Origin: Candidatus Bathyarchaeia archaeon
Lineage (GTDB): Archaea; Thermoproteota; Bathyarchaeia; Bathyarchaeales; Bathycorpusculaceae
Length of the DNA stretch: 64,000 nucleotides
NCBI GenBank assembly: GCA_049515895.1
Contig: JBEKTQ010000011.1
Span: 1-64,000 of the forward strand
Reading direction: 5' to 3'
Positions 19,545 to 29,136 of the stretch are shown here, in pieces (position 1 is the first letter of the stretch; every line of letters begins with the position of its first letter). The position numbers and the translations under genes are program-made. The notes beneath the pieces were generated by a model. That model searched no databases. It saw nothing but the letters and a program-made list of their open reading frames with translations, and had not been told where the DNA came from.

Positions 19545-20563
19545 AGCTTACCGCCCTCCTTCCCTTGGAGCGCTTCAATGTATGCCCGCTCAAGCATGTT
19601 TTCGCCTTGTTTAATCGAGTAGAGTTTGGCACCGGAATTCACGATCAGCTCAGAGATTAAAGGTCTGATATCTTCATTTTGCCCGCGGACCGTGATTTCA
19701 ACAACACTTAGATCCTCGCTGTTTTTTCTGTCAACAGGATTAATCTCGAAAACCCCCGGTATCTCTTTCAACCGTTGAAGTGTGTCTGGGGGTAGTGGGC
19801 TAGTTTCTAGAAGAATAAGCGAGTAGTTTAGCACTTTCTGAATTACTTCATTTACTGATCCCTGAAAGAGGATGTGCCCCCTGTGGACAATTGCGACAGA
19901 GGTGCAGAGAGCTTCTACTTCGCTCATAATGTGCGAGGACATGAAGACAGTTCCTTTGCCTTCGGATGCGAATTCTCTGAATAAATCCCTGAAGTGAGCA
20001 ACCCCCGCAGGATCCAAACCGATCATGGGTTCGTCTAGAACCAGAATTTCAGGTGAGCCGATTAACGCTTGAGCAACGCTGAGCCGCTGAACCATCCCCT
20101 TGCTAAGTTTGCCAACCTTCGTATCCGAGTACTCATGCAATCCGACTAACTCAAGAACTCTGCTGATTTCGTCACGTCGAAATTGCATGTTTGCAAAGCC
20201 AGGGAGCTCGTGCGAAATGAGATTAAGAAGTTCGCGGGGCGTAAGGAAGGTCTGTATGTTAGGCAACTCGGGAGAATACGCCACATTCCTTAAGGCTTCT
20301 ACATGCTTTAAGATCGGGTCATAACCGTTAATTTTGACGTAGCCCGAAGTTGTTCGGATAAGACCCAACATAAGCCTGATGCACGTGGTCTTGCCCGATC
20401 CGTTGGGACCAAGAAAACCCACAATCTCTCCTTTCTTGATATTAAAGTTTGCAGGGCCAATCCTTTTCTTGTTGCCGTAGTCCTTAACCGCTTCGTGGAA
20501 TTCGATTACTACAGGAGAATTAGACTCGTTCGCTTCGACCACAAACATCTCTCTAGGAAACAA
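19541..20563 (-). CDS. ABC exporter ATP-binding subunit
   Basis: GPNGSGKT, LSKGM signature, LVLDEP and SSH. Confidence 0.95.
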   Translation of the reverse strand: MFPREMFVVEANESNSPVVIEFHEAVKDYGNKKRIGPANFNIKKGEIVGFLGPNGSGKTTCIRLMLGLIRTTSGYVKINGYDPILKHVEALRNVAYSPELPNIQTFLTPRELLNLISHELPGFANMQFRRDEISRVLELVGLHEYSDTKVGKLSKGMVQRLSVAQALIGSPEILVLDEPMIGLDPAGVAHFRDLFREFASEGKGTVFMSSHIMSEVEALCTSVAIVHRGHILFQGSVNEVIQKVLNYSLILLETSPLPPDTLQRLKEIPGVFEINPVDRKNSEDLSVVEITVRGQNEDIRPLISELIVNSGAKLYSIKQGENMLERAYIEALQGKEGGKL

Positions 20564-20587
20564 TCATCGATTCTTGTAAAAGTCGTG

Positions 20588-21391
20588 TTAGTCGACCCAA
20601 TAAGAAGGGTTCTTTTCTCTGTCTTTCTCGTTCTCGTCGCCGCTTCTCTGCTGTCCCTCTGTTTCATTATCCGGAGAAGAATTGGGGTCGCTCCTATGCT
20701 TCACCCTTTTGAAAACTGCGGGAACAGCGAATGCTATCGCCACAATTACTCCGACACCAAGCATCGAGGCGCCCAATGTGTTTACATTATCTGGCGGATC
20801 GGTAAGAGGAAGGTTTGTGGACAAGAGCTTCGCGTTGACCGAGGTCGTTCCGTTTATCATGAATTGGAAGGAATCGACGAGGCCAGAAGGCATGCTTACG
20901 ATATTGCCGCTGGCGGAGACTGAATTCCCGTTTGTGGAGTTTGTTGCCGATAAAGAGACTTGGTAGTTTGTCGCCTGATAGCTCTCGTTGCCGAAAATGA
21001 CCTGGCTGCCACCGGCATTGGTGATACTTGCTGAGATTGAGATACCTCTAACTTGATAGGAGAAAGACTGGTTTGTTAGTCCTGGAAGATAGGGGAAGAT
21101 CTCTGGGAGAGAACTGGAATTCACGTCTTTTGAATAACTGAAATTTAGCATGTTTGAGGAGAGCGCCACCGTGAGCGCGACAAATCCACTTTGTCCTGTG
21201 GACTGTGCAGATTCTGTTACATTAACGGTCTTCATCGTGGAAGAGCTGCCTTGGCTACCTATCGTAATGCTGTATTGAACATAACCCGAGGTAGGTGTTG
21301 CTGCAAAAGCCAAGTTGGGTGCTGCTCCAACCATGAACATTAACATCGCAATTAAAATCAAAGTGAAGAATGAAAAACGCATTTCTGTCAC
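20588..21391 (-). CDS. Secreted, membrane-anchored Ser/Thr/Asn-rich protein
   Basis: Signal peptide, many NxS/T sequons, C-terminal TM and a charged tail. Confidence 0.8.
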   Translation of the reverse strand: MTEMRFSFFTLILIAMLMFMVGAAPNLAFAATPTSGYVQYSITIGSQGSSSTMKTVNVTESAQSTGQSGFVALTVALSSNMLNFSYSKDVNSSSLPEIFPYLPGLTNQSFSYQVRGISISASITNAGGSQVIFGNESYQATNYQVSLSATNSTNGNSVSASGNIVSMPSGLVDSFQFMINGTTSVNAKLLSTNLPLTDPPDNVNTLGASMLGVGVIVAIAFAVPAVFKRVKHRSDPNSSPDNETEGQQRSGDENEKDREKNPSYWVD

Positions 21392-21776
21392 CGTATGTAC
21401 TCTCGGTTGATAATCATAGCCTTCGGTCGAATAAAAGAATTATGCAAAACACCCTGCAATATCCGTGGAATGGCGCGTCTTCAAGGTTTTCCGTTTTACA
21501 CTCCTAAATTATTAAAATCCATAAAGTCACTCGCTCTATTCTATTTCTCAAGATGCTTAGAAATTAGAAAATTGGTACGGCTTTGCTTGAAGGATGGTAC
21601 CATTGCCAAATTAAGGTGGCGACTTTTTTTGAATAGCCATATCGGGGTAGTTTTTTGAATACTTGATCTGATTTCTGGCTGCTTGGTTGAGGCATATCTT
21701 CTTTTTTGTCCGAGTTTAATTTAAACTCTGTGGATTCTAACTAAAACTTGTAGATATGTACAACAGAAATACAAAA

Positions 21777-21869
21777 TCATAGGTGTCCAGCGAGGATACC
21801 CGCTATAATTGAACCTATGAAAAGCACGATAATGGCGATAACTAAGATTTTTTTAGTTAAAGACTTCAT
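21777..21869 (-). CDS. 30-aa single-TM peptide (MKSLTKKILVIAIIVLFIGSIIAGILAGHL)
   Basis: GGAGAG SD, ATG start, basic N-terminus and hydrophobic helix. Confidence 0.45.
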   Translation of the reverse strand: MKSLTKKILVIAIIVLFIGSIIAGILAGHL

Positions 21870-22135
21870 TTGATGCGTCTCTCTCCGAAGTCATGAGCTT
21901 GTTCTTACCTTATATTAGCATTTGCCGTTTATCCCTTTGGGTGTGCAGGCTGGTTTGTCCCGAATAATTTAGTAATGCAATAGAGCTCGCATTCTCTAAG
22001 CGAGTCCAAGCTTCAAAGCGGTTAGTTCCCGAAGACACAGTACAGCATAACCATCAATCTGCGACATACTTAGGCGACGAAGAATTGTAAATATTTTCAC
22101 AAGGTTTTTTAGCGTCAAACTTTATGGTTTTGCTG

Positions 22136-22210
22136 CGGGAGAGGGGAATTGCTATTTTGGATGCTATTCTGCTCCAATTGATGCAATATTTATTGAAGGT
22201 ACCTCTTCCG
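22136..22210 (+). promoter_or_regulatory. Putative structured 5' leader (long hairpin) of the beta-propeller gene
   Basis: Nested complementary segments CGGGAGAGG/CCTCTTCCG, ATTGC/GCAAT and TTGGA/TCCAA; TATA-like TTTTTTAG at about 22105-22112; AGGAG SD downstream. Confidence 0.5.
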
Positions 22211-22239
22211 AAAAACAAAATTTAGGAGAAAAAAGAAAA

Positions 22240-24888
22240 ATGCAAAAACTAAAAGGAAAAACTATAGCTATAGCAATCGGAATACTTTTAACATTTTCAA
22301 TGTTGACTTCAATGATGTTAATTCCAAGTGCTAAAGCTCACTCGCCACCGTTTAACATACAAACCTATGCCTTCGTTAACGTTGCACCTGACCCAGCAGG
22401 CGTCGGCCAAACGGTTACTGTCGGCTTCTGGATCGACCAGCCGCCACCAACAGCAAACGGACCCTACGGCGACAGATGGCAAAACATAACAGTAAAGGTC
22501 ACGAAACCTGATGGGAACTCTGAAACGCTAGGACCCTTTGTGACTGACGACACAGGAGGAACAAATACACTTTTCACGCCCAGCGAAGTTGGCAACTACA
22601 CTTTCCAAATGATATTTCCAGGACAAACGCTATTAGGTTCTAATCCAGCTCCAACAGGAACCAGTAACGCGGTATGGGTAGGAGACTACTATGAACCCAG
22701 CACTAGCAATGTGTACACATTAACGGTGCAACAGCAGCCAGCATCAGGTTCTTCTGTAACTCCGCTTCCAACCAACTATTGGCAGACTCCAGTTACTGCT
22801 CTTAACGCAAATCTATGGTACACAATTACTGGAAGTTGGCTGGGGTTCGGTGCATCGACGTTCGCGACAACGGGAATGTACAATTTCAGCGGCAACTATA
22901 ATCCATATACATTAGCGCCAAAAACCGCACACATCATCTGGACAAAACCTGAAGCTTTCGGAGGCTTATTAGGAGGAGAATTTGGCGGAACTGAAACAAG
23001 CAACTACTACTCTACATCACAGTATGAGCCAAAGTTTGCGCCAGTAATAATAAACGGCATCCTATACTATACATCGTATCCGGGAAGTTCAAACTACCCG
23101 GCAGGTATAGTTGCAGTAAACTTGTATTCAGGACAGACACTTTTCACCATAAACACTACCTTGGCCTTGAGATGCGGTCAAATACTTGACTACCAATCAC
23201 CGAACCAATACGGAGGCTTCGCATACCTGTGGACAACCGGGACACTCCCAGGAATGACGGGTGTCACTGGAACCCAATGGAACATGTATGATGCCACTAC
23301 CGGGAACTATGTTTTAAGCGTTGTAAACGGTACATCTATGTCTCTAACAGAAGATTCAGGGGGAGACTTGATCGGCTACTACGTCAACGCCACAGTTGGC
23401 TCGCAAATAGTCAACGGCCAGAAGGTCACTAATCCTGCAGGCGGAGTTCTATTGGAAGAATGGAACTCCACAAGATGCGTTATTAATAGCTTCTACGGCG
23501 CCTCTGCTGCCGGTTGGGAATGGCGACCTACATTAAATGGCAAGGCCCTCTTCTCAAATGGATTGACGTGGGCAGTTCCGTTACCCACCTCCATAAACGG
23601 TGCACCCATTGGGACTCTTGGCCTAAGTTCAATCAACAGCGGCGTAATACTCATGAGCTATTCAAATGCCACCGGCCAGTCTGTCACTTCAGGGCAACCA
23701 TACTTCCAACCAGGATGGATAGTCTTTGCGGGCTTAAGTTCAAGCACAGGACAACTGCTATGGATAGCGAATCAAACACAGGTAGCGTGGACTAGACCAG
23801 TTTACGCGCAAGATGCCGGAAGCGGTGTTTACGTGGTATTCAGTCCAGAGGACGGCAGCTGTGTCGGCTACAGCCTCTTAACTGGAAAACAATTATGGAC
23901 ACTTAGGCTTCCTGTTACGAATTCGTATGATTCTTTCAGCTATCAATACGTTCCCGCGAACGGCGTAATCTATGCATGGGGCTTAGGAGGAGACGTTTGG
24001 GCAATCAATGTTGCAACAGGAACACTCTTGTGGCATACAACTACTCTTCAAATAACCGGATCTTCAGGGGCGCAAACTCCATATGGTGTATGGCCTCTTT
24101 GGACTTTCACTGACGGTGCAGTCGCTGACGGAGAACTATTCATTCCTGAAGGTCACATGTACAGTCCACCGCTATTCCACGGAGCTCAACAACTAGCCTT
24201 GAACATCACTACTGGTCAGTCAATTTGGAGCATTTCAGCCTTTGACGTTACAAGTGCACCTGCCATCGCATACGGCATAGCGACAACAATTAATGCATAT
24301 GATAACCAGATCTACGCTTGGGGCATGGGACCAAGCAAGACCACCGTTACCGCTCCTAACGTAGGCGTTACCACATCCACACCAATAACCATAACAGGCT
24401 CGGTCACAGACATTTCCGCCGGCGCACAGCAACAAGCAGTCGCAGCGAACTTCCCTAACGGGTTGCCCTGCGTTTCTGACGCAAGCATGACCCAGTTTAT
24501 GGAAGCAGTGTACGAGCAGCAGCCAATGCCCACCAACCTAACAGGCGTTCCGGTCACGCTATACGTCTTGGATTCAAACGGCAACTACAGGTCAATCGGC
24601 ACCACCACAACCAACGCTCACGGAACCTACGGCTTAACATGGAAACCTGACATACCCGGCAACTACACCGTAACCGCCACATTTGCAGGCACAAACGCAT
24701 ACTACGGATCTTCCGCTTCAACCGCCTTCTACGCAAGCGCTGCAGCACCAACACCCGCACCAACCGCAACACCGCTCAGCTTAGCCTCAACTCAAAACGA
24801 CATAATGTACGTAGGCATCGCAATCATAATTGTGATAGTCATAATCGGCGCTCTAATACTAGTGACGCTCAACAGAAAAAGACCATAA
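22240..24888 (+). CDS. Secreted PQQ-like beta-propeller repeat protein with Ig-like ends and a C-terminal TM anchor
   Basis: Signal peptide; repeated TGxxLW/GxxY motifs; Thr/Pro linker, TM and basic tail (NRKRP). Confidence 0.88.
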   Translation: MQKLKGKTIAIAIGILLTFSMLTSMMLIPSAKAHSPPFNIQTYAFVNVAPDPAGVGQTVTVGFWIDQPPPTANGPYGDRWQNITVKVTKPDGNSETLGPFVTDDTGGTNTLFTPSEVGNYTFQMIFPGQTLLGSNPAPTGTSNAVWVGDYYEPSTSNVYTLTVQQQPASGSSVTPLPTNYWQTPVTALNANLWYTITGSWLGFGASTFATTGMYNFSGNYNPYTLAPKTAHIIWTKPEAFGGLLGGEFGGTETSNYYSTSQYEPKFAPVIINGILYYTSYPGSSNYPAGIVAVNLYSGQTLFTINTTLALRCGQILDYQSPNQYGGFAYLWTTGTLPGMTGVTGTQWNMYDATTGNYVLSVVNGTSMSLTEDSGGDLIGYYVNATVGSQIVNGQKVTNPAGGVLLEEWNSTRCVINSFYGASAAGWEWRPTLNGKALFSNGLTWAVPLPTSINGAPIGTLGLSSINSGVILMSYSNATGQSVTSGQPYFQPGWIVFAGLSSSTGQLLWIANQTQVAWTRPVYAQDAGSGVYVVFSPEDGSCVGYSLLTGKQLWTLRLPVTNSYDSFSYQYVPANGVIYAWGLGGDVWAINVATGTLLWHTTTLQITGSSGAQTPYGVWPLWTFTDGAVADGELFIPEGHMYSPPLFHGAQQLALNITTGQSIWSISAFDVTSAPAIAYGIATTINAYDNQIYAWGMGPSKTTVTAPNVGVTTSTPITITGSVTDISAGAQQQAVAANFPNGLPCVSDASMTQFMEAVYEQQPMPTNLTGVPVTLYVLDSNGNYRSIGTTTTNAHGTYGLTWKPDIPGNYTVTATFAGTNAYYGSSASTAFYASAAAPTPAPTATPLSLASTQNDIMYVGIAIIIVIVIIGALILVTLNRKRP

Positions 24889-25098
24889 GCCAAAACAAAT
24901 CATCTCTCCTTTTTCTATTTTCTGAGAACAAAAATCTGAGACCAAAAAGCCCGTACGACATCTTATTCGCCCTCAAATGTTTTTTGAACCTTTTTTTTGA
25001 CTATGGTTAAAAAAAAGGTATTTCTAAGGAATCCCGTTTGGTTCTCGACAAAAAAACTGGGAGACAATTGTGGAAAATTTTTAGGCGCTAGTCTGGGT

Positions 25099-25932
25099 TC
25101 AATTTGGAGCTGTGTATGTTGCATAAACCGCCATCAAGTTGGTATCTGAACCACTTGGAGCGATGGGGTCAGGCAAAGCTGGAAAGCTAATTTCATCTTC
25201 ATACCAGCGGCATGTTGAAGGACCAGCTTCATAATAATAAGTATGTGTTCCAGTACTACACGCAAATCCGATGAAGTATGTTCCGGCAGGTAATGTTACA
25301 GGGGTTGTTACATTAGATGTCCACCACTGTAAATTGGAACCTTCCGAAATTTGTTGACCCACTACAACTGGGCTATATGGTACGCCATTACTACTGTTGT
25401 AGATAACGCCTTCATAACTTGCCCCGCCAGTTTCATATCCATACCAGCTGATTGAAGTAATTGACTCTGGTTGACTTAGTGTAAACCCGCCAGAAACTTT
25501 GACACTTGAATTATAAACCGTCTCAAGAGTTGTGTAAGCTGCGTTGCCAAATGGATTTGTGGGAGAAGGAGTTGGAGAAGGAGTTGGAGTAGGTGTTGCT
25601 GTGGGTGTGGGAGTAGGTGTCGAAGTTGGAGTGGGTGATGGAGTTGGTGTAGGTGTTGGTGATGGTGTTGGCGTCGAGGTTGGTGCTAAAGTTGGGGTTG
25701 GAGTCGGAGTTAGTTGAGTAGTTAAGATAGCAGGTGTAGCTGAAGGTGACGGTTGAGGAGTTTGGGTGGATGTATCTGTTATGGTTGGGGTCGGCGATGG
25801 CCCTGTGGCTACTTCCGTGTTTTGGGTAATTACCCCGATGCTGGCTATAGCCAGGATACCTGATAACACCATAAGGCTAATGGCTGCTATGGTGGAATAC
25901 TTTTTTCTTAGCATTGTCTTTTGACTTCCCAA
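25099..25932 (-). CDS. Membrane-anchored or secreted protein with a Pro/Thr linker and C-terminal beta domain
   Basis: N-terminal TM and a (TP)n repeat at about 25560-25720. Confidence 0.75.
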   Translation of the reverse strand: MGSQKTMLRKKYSTIAAISLMVLSGILAIASIGVITQNTEVATGPSPTPTITDTSTQTPQPSPSATPAILTTQLTPTPTPTLAPTSTPTPSPTPTPTPSPTPTSTPTPTPTATPTPTPSPTPSPTNPFGNAAYTTLETVYNSSVKVSGGFTLSQPESITSISWYGYETGGASYEGVIYNSSNGVPYSPVVVGQQISEGSNLQWWTSNVTTPVTLPAGTYFIGFACSTGTHTYYYEAGPSTCRWYEDEISFPALPDPIAPSGSDTNLMAVYATYTAPN

Positions 25933-26203
25933 TTTTTTTGGATGTTATTATTTAGGCTAATTTTTGATGTTTGCTAATTATTCATGGATTATTCTATAAG
26001 CATTATGAATCCAAGATCAAGCTTCAGAAAAAGATATTTTGCTTGCTTATGAGCGAAGTTGGAGACGCATTCTTATTGAGTTTCTTAACTGACTGTCATT
26101 GAAGAGTCTGGAAAGCCTTTTATAGTATTTTGCAGCAAACCTACTAAGCGGTGGCTTGCATGTATCATTGCGCGGCCATAAAATGAAAGGCTAGGGAATA
26201 TAT

Positions 26204-27397
26204 ATGAAAGTCAAAGTTTGGAAGCTTTTGGGTTTGGCACTTATTGCGATTTTTGCTTTTTCATCGGCCCATTCGGTCTATGGCCTTGGAGTAATCGCCA
26301 CGATACCGGTGGGTAACCCCGGCACCTATTCTCCTTATGATTATGGCGCAGCTTATGATTCTGTCAAAGGCGAAGTATTCGTTACCAATGAAGGCGTCGC
26401 CACGGTCTCGGTTATATCGGACAAGACTAATACTGTGGTCGCAACCGTGCCCGTTAGATTCTCTCCAGGCGCTATAGCTTATGATTCCAGTAAAGGCGAG
26501 ATGTTCGTAGCCAATGGTGGCCCCAGCACGACTCTCGGTACCGTTTCGGTCATATCGGACAGCACAAATGCTGTGGTTGCAAACGTGACCGTGGGAACCG
26601 ATCCTGTAGGGATAGCTTACGATTCAAATAAAGGCGAGATTTTCGTAACAAATTCTGGCGACATCCCTCCCGACGTCTCGGTTATATCTGACAGTTCCGA
26701 TGCCGTGGTTGCAAACATAAGCTTGGGAGTAACCGGGTACAACCCGATCGCAGGCATAGCATATGATTCAAGCAACGGCGAGATATTCGTGGCAATGCAG
26801 GGTCTCGACACGGTCTCGGTTATATCGGACAGCGCCAACGCTGTGGTTGCAACCGTGGACTTGCAAAACGGCGTGGGCCGAGGCGTAGCTTATGGCGTAG
26901 CTTATGATCTTGGCAAGAGCGAGATATTCGTGACTAATGCCGGCGTCAACGCGGTTTCGGTTATTTCGGCCACTTCTAACTCCGTTGTTGCAAACATAAC
27001 CGTGGGAAACACTCCTGAAGGCTTAGCTCATGATTCTTACACGGGTCAGATCTTCGTATCCAATACTGTCGATGGCACAGTCTCCATTATATCAGATAGC
27101 ACCAATGCCGTGGTTGACACCGTCACCGTGGGAAACGGTCCCTTTGGCGTAGCTTACGATTCTGGGAAGGATGAGATATTCGTGACAAATGCTGGCGAGA
27201 GCACAGTCTCAGTAATATCTGAAGGTTCTGGTCCGTCTGCTACTACTAGCCCAACTTCGGCTGCTTCTGCAAGCCCAACTGTACCAGAGTTCAGCAGTGC
27301 AATGCTCGTTTCAGTAGGGGCTGCAATGGTGGTTGTGACCTTATGTGCGACCGCTATTGGCAGGAAAAAAGTCGCAAATACTCCGAAAGTAACGTAG
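26204..27397 (+). CDS. YVTN/YncE-type beta-propeller surface protein with PEF-CTERM-like sorting signal
   Basis: About seven repeats of AYDSxKGEIFVTN...TVSVISD; C-terminal VPEF followed by a TM and RKK. Confidence 0.9.
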   Translation: MKVKVWKLLGLALIAIFAFSSAHSVYGLGVIATIPVGNPGTYSPYDYGAAYDSVKGEVFVTNEGVATVSVISDKTNTVVATVPVRFSPGAIAYDSSKGEMFVANGGPSTTLGTVSVISDSTNAVVANVTVGTDPVGIAYDSNKGEIFVTNSGDIPPDVSVISDSSDAVVANISLGVTGYNPIAGIAYDSSNGEIFVAMQGLDTVSVISDSANAVVATVDLQNGVGRGVAYGVAYDLGKSEIFVTNAGVNAVSVISATSNSVVANITVGNTPEGLAHDSYTGQIFVSNTVDGTVSIISDSTNAVVDTVTVGNGPFGVAYDSGKDEIFVTNAGESTVSVISEGSGPSATTSPTSAASASPTVPEFSSAMLVSVGAAMVVVTLCATAIGRKKVANTPKVT

Positions 27398-27678
27398 ACG
27401 AAACTCTGTCTGATAAAATTGAGGCTGTGAAGTCTAAAAGCTTCCAAACTTTAGTTTTCACAAACATTACCCCTTCCTTGTCCAAAACGGAGATCTCAAA
27501 AAGATTTAGAGCTTTAATTCTCTCGCTTGCTTCAAATTTAATTAATTTGCGACCCACAAAAGAGGGGAAAAAATCAGCCCAAACAGCAAACCAGTTGATG
27601 GTTTGTTTTGCATAAGAATAGTGGGATGCAAGGTTTTTTAAATGTGGAATGTCAAATCGTAGAATGGTGCAAGTATAA

Positions 27679-27867
27679 GTGCCATCGGTTAAAAACGTGA
27701 AAAAGAAGACTGAGGAAGACGCAAAGAAGGTAGCCGCAGGCGCAAAGAAAGTTGGCGTGAAAGCTGTTGTGGAAGCCAAGAAAGTTGGTAAGGACGCAAA
27801 GAAAGTTGGCGGAAAAGTGGCTGCGGAAACAGAAAAAGTAGCTGGAAAGGTAAAGAAGAAACTTTAG
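27679..27867 (+). CDS. 62-aa Lys/Ala/Val-rich basic repeat protein (AKKV repeats)
   Basis: TTTTTAAA box upstream, repeated gcaaagaa(a/g)gt units and a T-rich terminator. Confidence 0.7.
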   Translation: MPSVKNVKKKTEEDAKKVAAGAKKVGVKAVVEAKKVGKDAKKVGGKVAAETEKVAGKVKKKL

Positions 27868-27959
27868 ATAAGAATAAAGCTTTGCCAGTAATTTTCCCTT
27901 TTTCCTTTTATCGCTAAGGAAATGAGCCAAGGGCAGGATTATTATATCAGCAAGCCAGC

Positions 27960-28520
27960 CGACAAGATGACTTGTAAATGACGGCCGGGGCTAGACCCAA
28001 CCGGGACGGTTGCAACGAAGGCGCAGTTGCTGTCGGAGATGACGGAAAAACCATGACCGAAACGGAGTTGGCCACGTACACTTCGCCGTTAGCAGCATCA
28101 CAAGCTACACCTAAGGATCGCTTCCGACACTAACTGTCGTAGTCACATGATTTGTGCTATTCGATATCACTGAAACAGAGCGGGAATACGCGTTAGCCAC
28201 AAAATCTCGCCTTTTCCAAAATGGTTAGCGACGGATGAAGCTGGAAGTTCCGACAGATACTGTCGCAACAACCTTGTTAGTGTTGTAAGATATAATTGAA
28301 ATGGAGTTGTCGCTTTAGTTTGCCACAAAGATCTTACCTTTGTTCGAATCATAAATATCCCTGTAACGATGTCGTTCCGACAGTCACTTTTGCGACCCTG
28401 GATTAGTTGCTGACGGACAGCACCGAGACCGTGCTAGCGGCGGAGTTGACTACGAATATTTTGCTTTTGGCTGAATCTTAAGCGACACCCCGGTAGGAGC
28501 CTCCAACCGTTATCATGGAG
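27960..28520 (-). pseudogene. Degraded YVTN beta-propeller paralog fragments
   Basis: The minus strand gives broken repeats such as YDSNKGKIFVAN*...ISIISYNTNKVVATVSVG and TVSVLS, with stops and frameshifts; boundaries are approximate. Confidence 0.65.
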
Positions 28521-28635
28521 GTAACTGAAAACTCGCTGACTTGCCGCATTAATCTGTATTCTTGATTCATAAAAATTATACTTATAGGCAATCTTTCTTT
28601 ATCAGCAAAACCCTGCCTTGCAATTGTAAGTTGAA

Positions 28636-28845
28636 GTGGAAGGGAGTTTGGCTGAAATGAGAACTCTGAAGTCTACGAGTGAAATTCGAGCGTTTCTACT
28701 TAAGGCTAAGATGGATTTTGAGTCGGTGGAGAATAAGGCGTTGAACGATTATTTGCCGAAAGTTTTTCTCAGCTGCCCATTTACGGGCGAGTTGTGCACG
28801 GCAAAACAATGCGTTGAATGTGAGTGCTCAAAAAAGCTAAAGTAA
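28636..28845 (+). CDS. Small protein with a C-terminal Cys cluster (CPFTGELC...CVECEC)
   Basis: GGGAG SD-like motif; five Cys in 18 aa; start uncertain (28636, 28648 or 28657). Confidence 0.55.
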   Translation: MEGSLAEMRTLKSTSEIRAFLLKAKMDFESVENKALNDYLPKVFLSCPFTGELCTAKQCVECECSKKLK

Positions 28846-28970
28846 ATGAAGCCAAAACGGAAAGCTAAAACCTGAGCCAATTCGTGGAAAAGGTTTGGGC
28901 TAAAATAATCAAGGGGTTCCAGGCGCGCCGGAAAATGTGGCCGCCGCCCCAACTCTTTTCCATGTTGGCT

Positions 28971-29033
28971 TAGGGGAGATTTAAGGAGATTTTGGGAGAA
29001 TTTGGGAGATTTGGGGAGATTTTGGGAGATTTT
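28971..29033. repeat. Six tandem 10-bp units, consensus TTTGGGAGAT
   Basis: taggggagat ttaaggagat tttgggagaa tttgggagat ttggggagat tttgggagat; intergenic between convergent genes. Confidence 0.9.
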
Positions 29034-29136
29034 TAGACGCAACCTGCAGCCCATCCAAGCTCTGTTGCAAGAAAGCAGCCCATTTCACAAAGAACAATTT
29101 CTCCGCCTTCCCCGCAGCCCTTTCAGACCTAAACAG

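Noticed and set aside
25560-25720. GGT/GGA-rich tandem repeats as a DNA element
   Set aside because: They are explained by the Pro/Thr linker codons of the encoded surface protein.
28971-29033. Possible CRISPR array
   Set aside because: The units are only 10 bp, with no unique spacers and no cas genes in the window.
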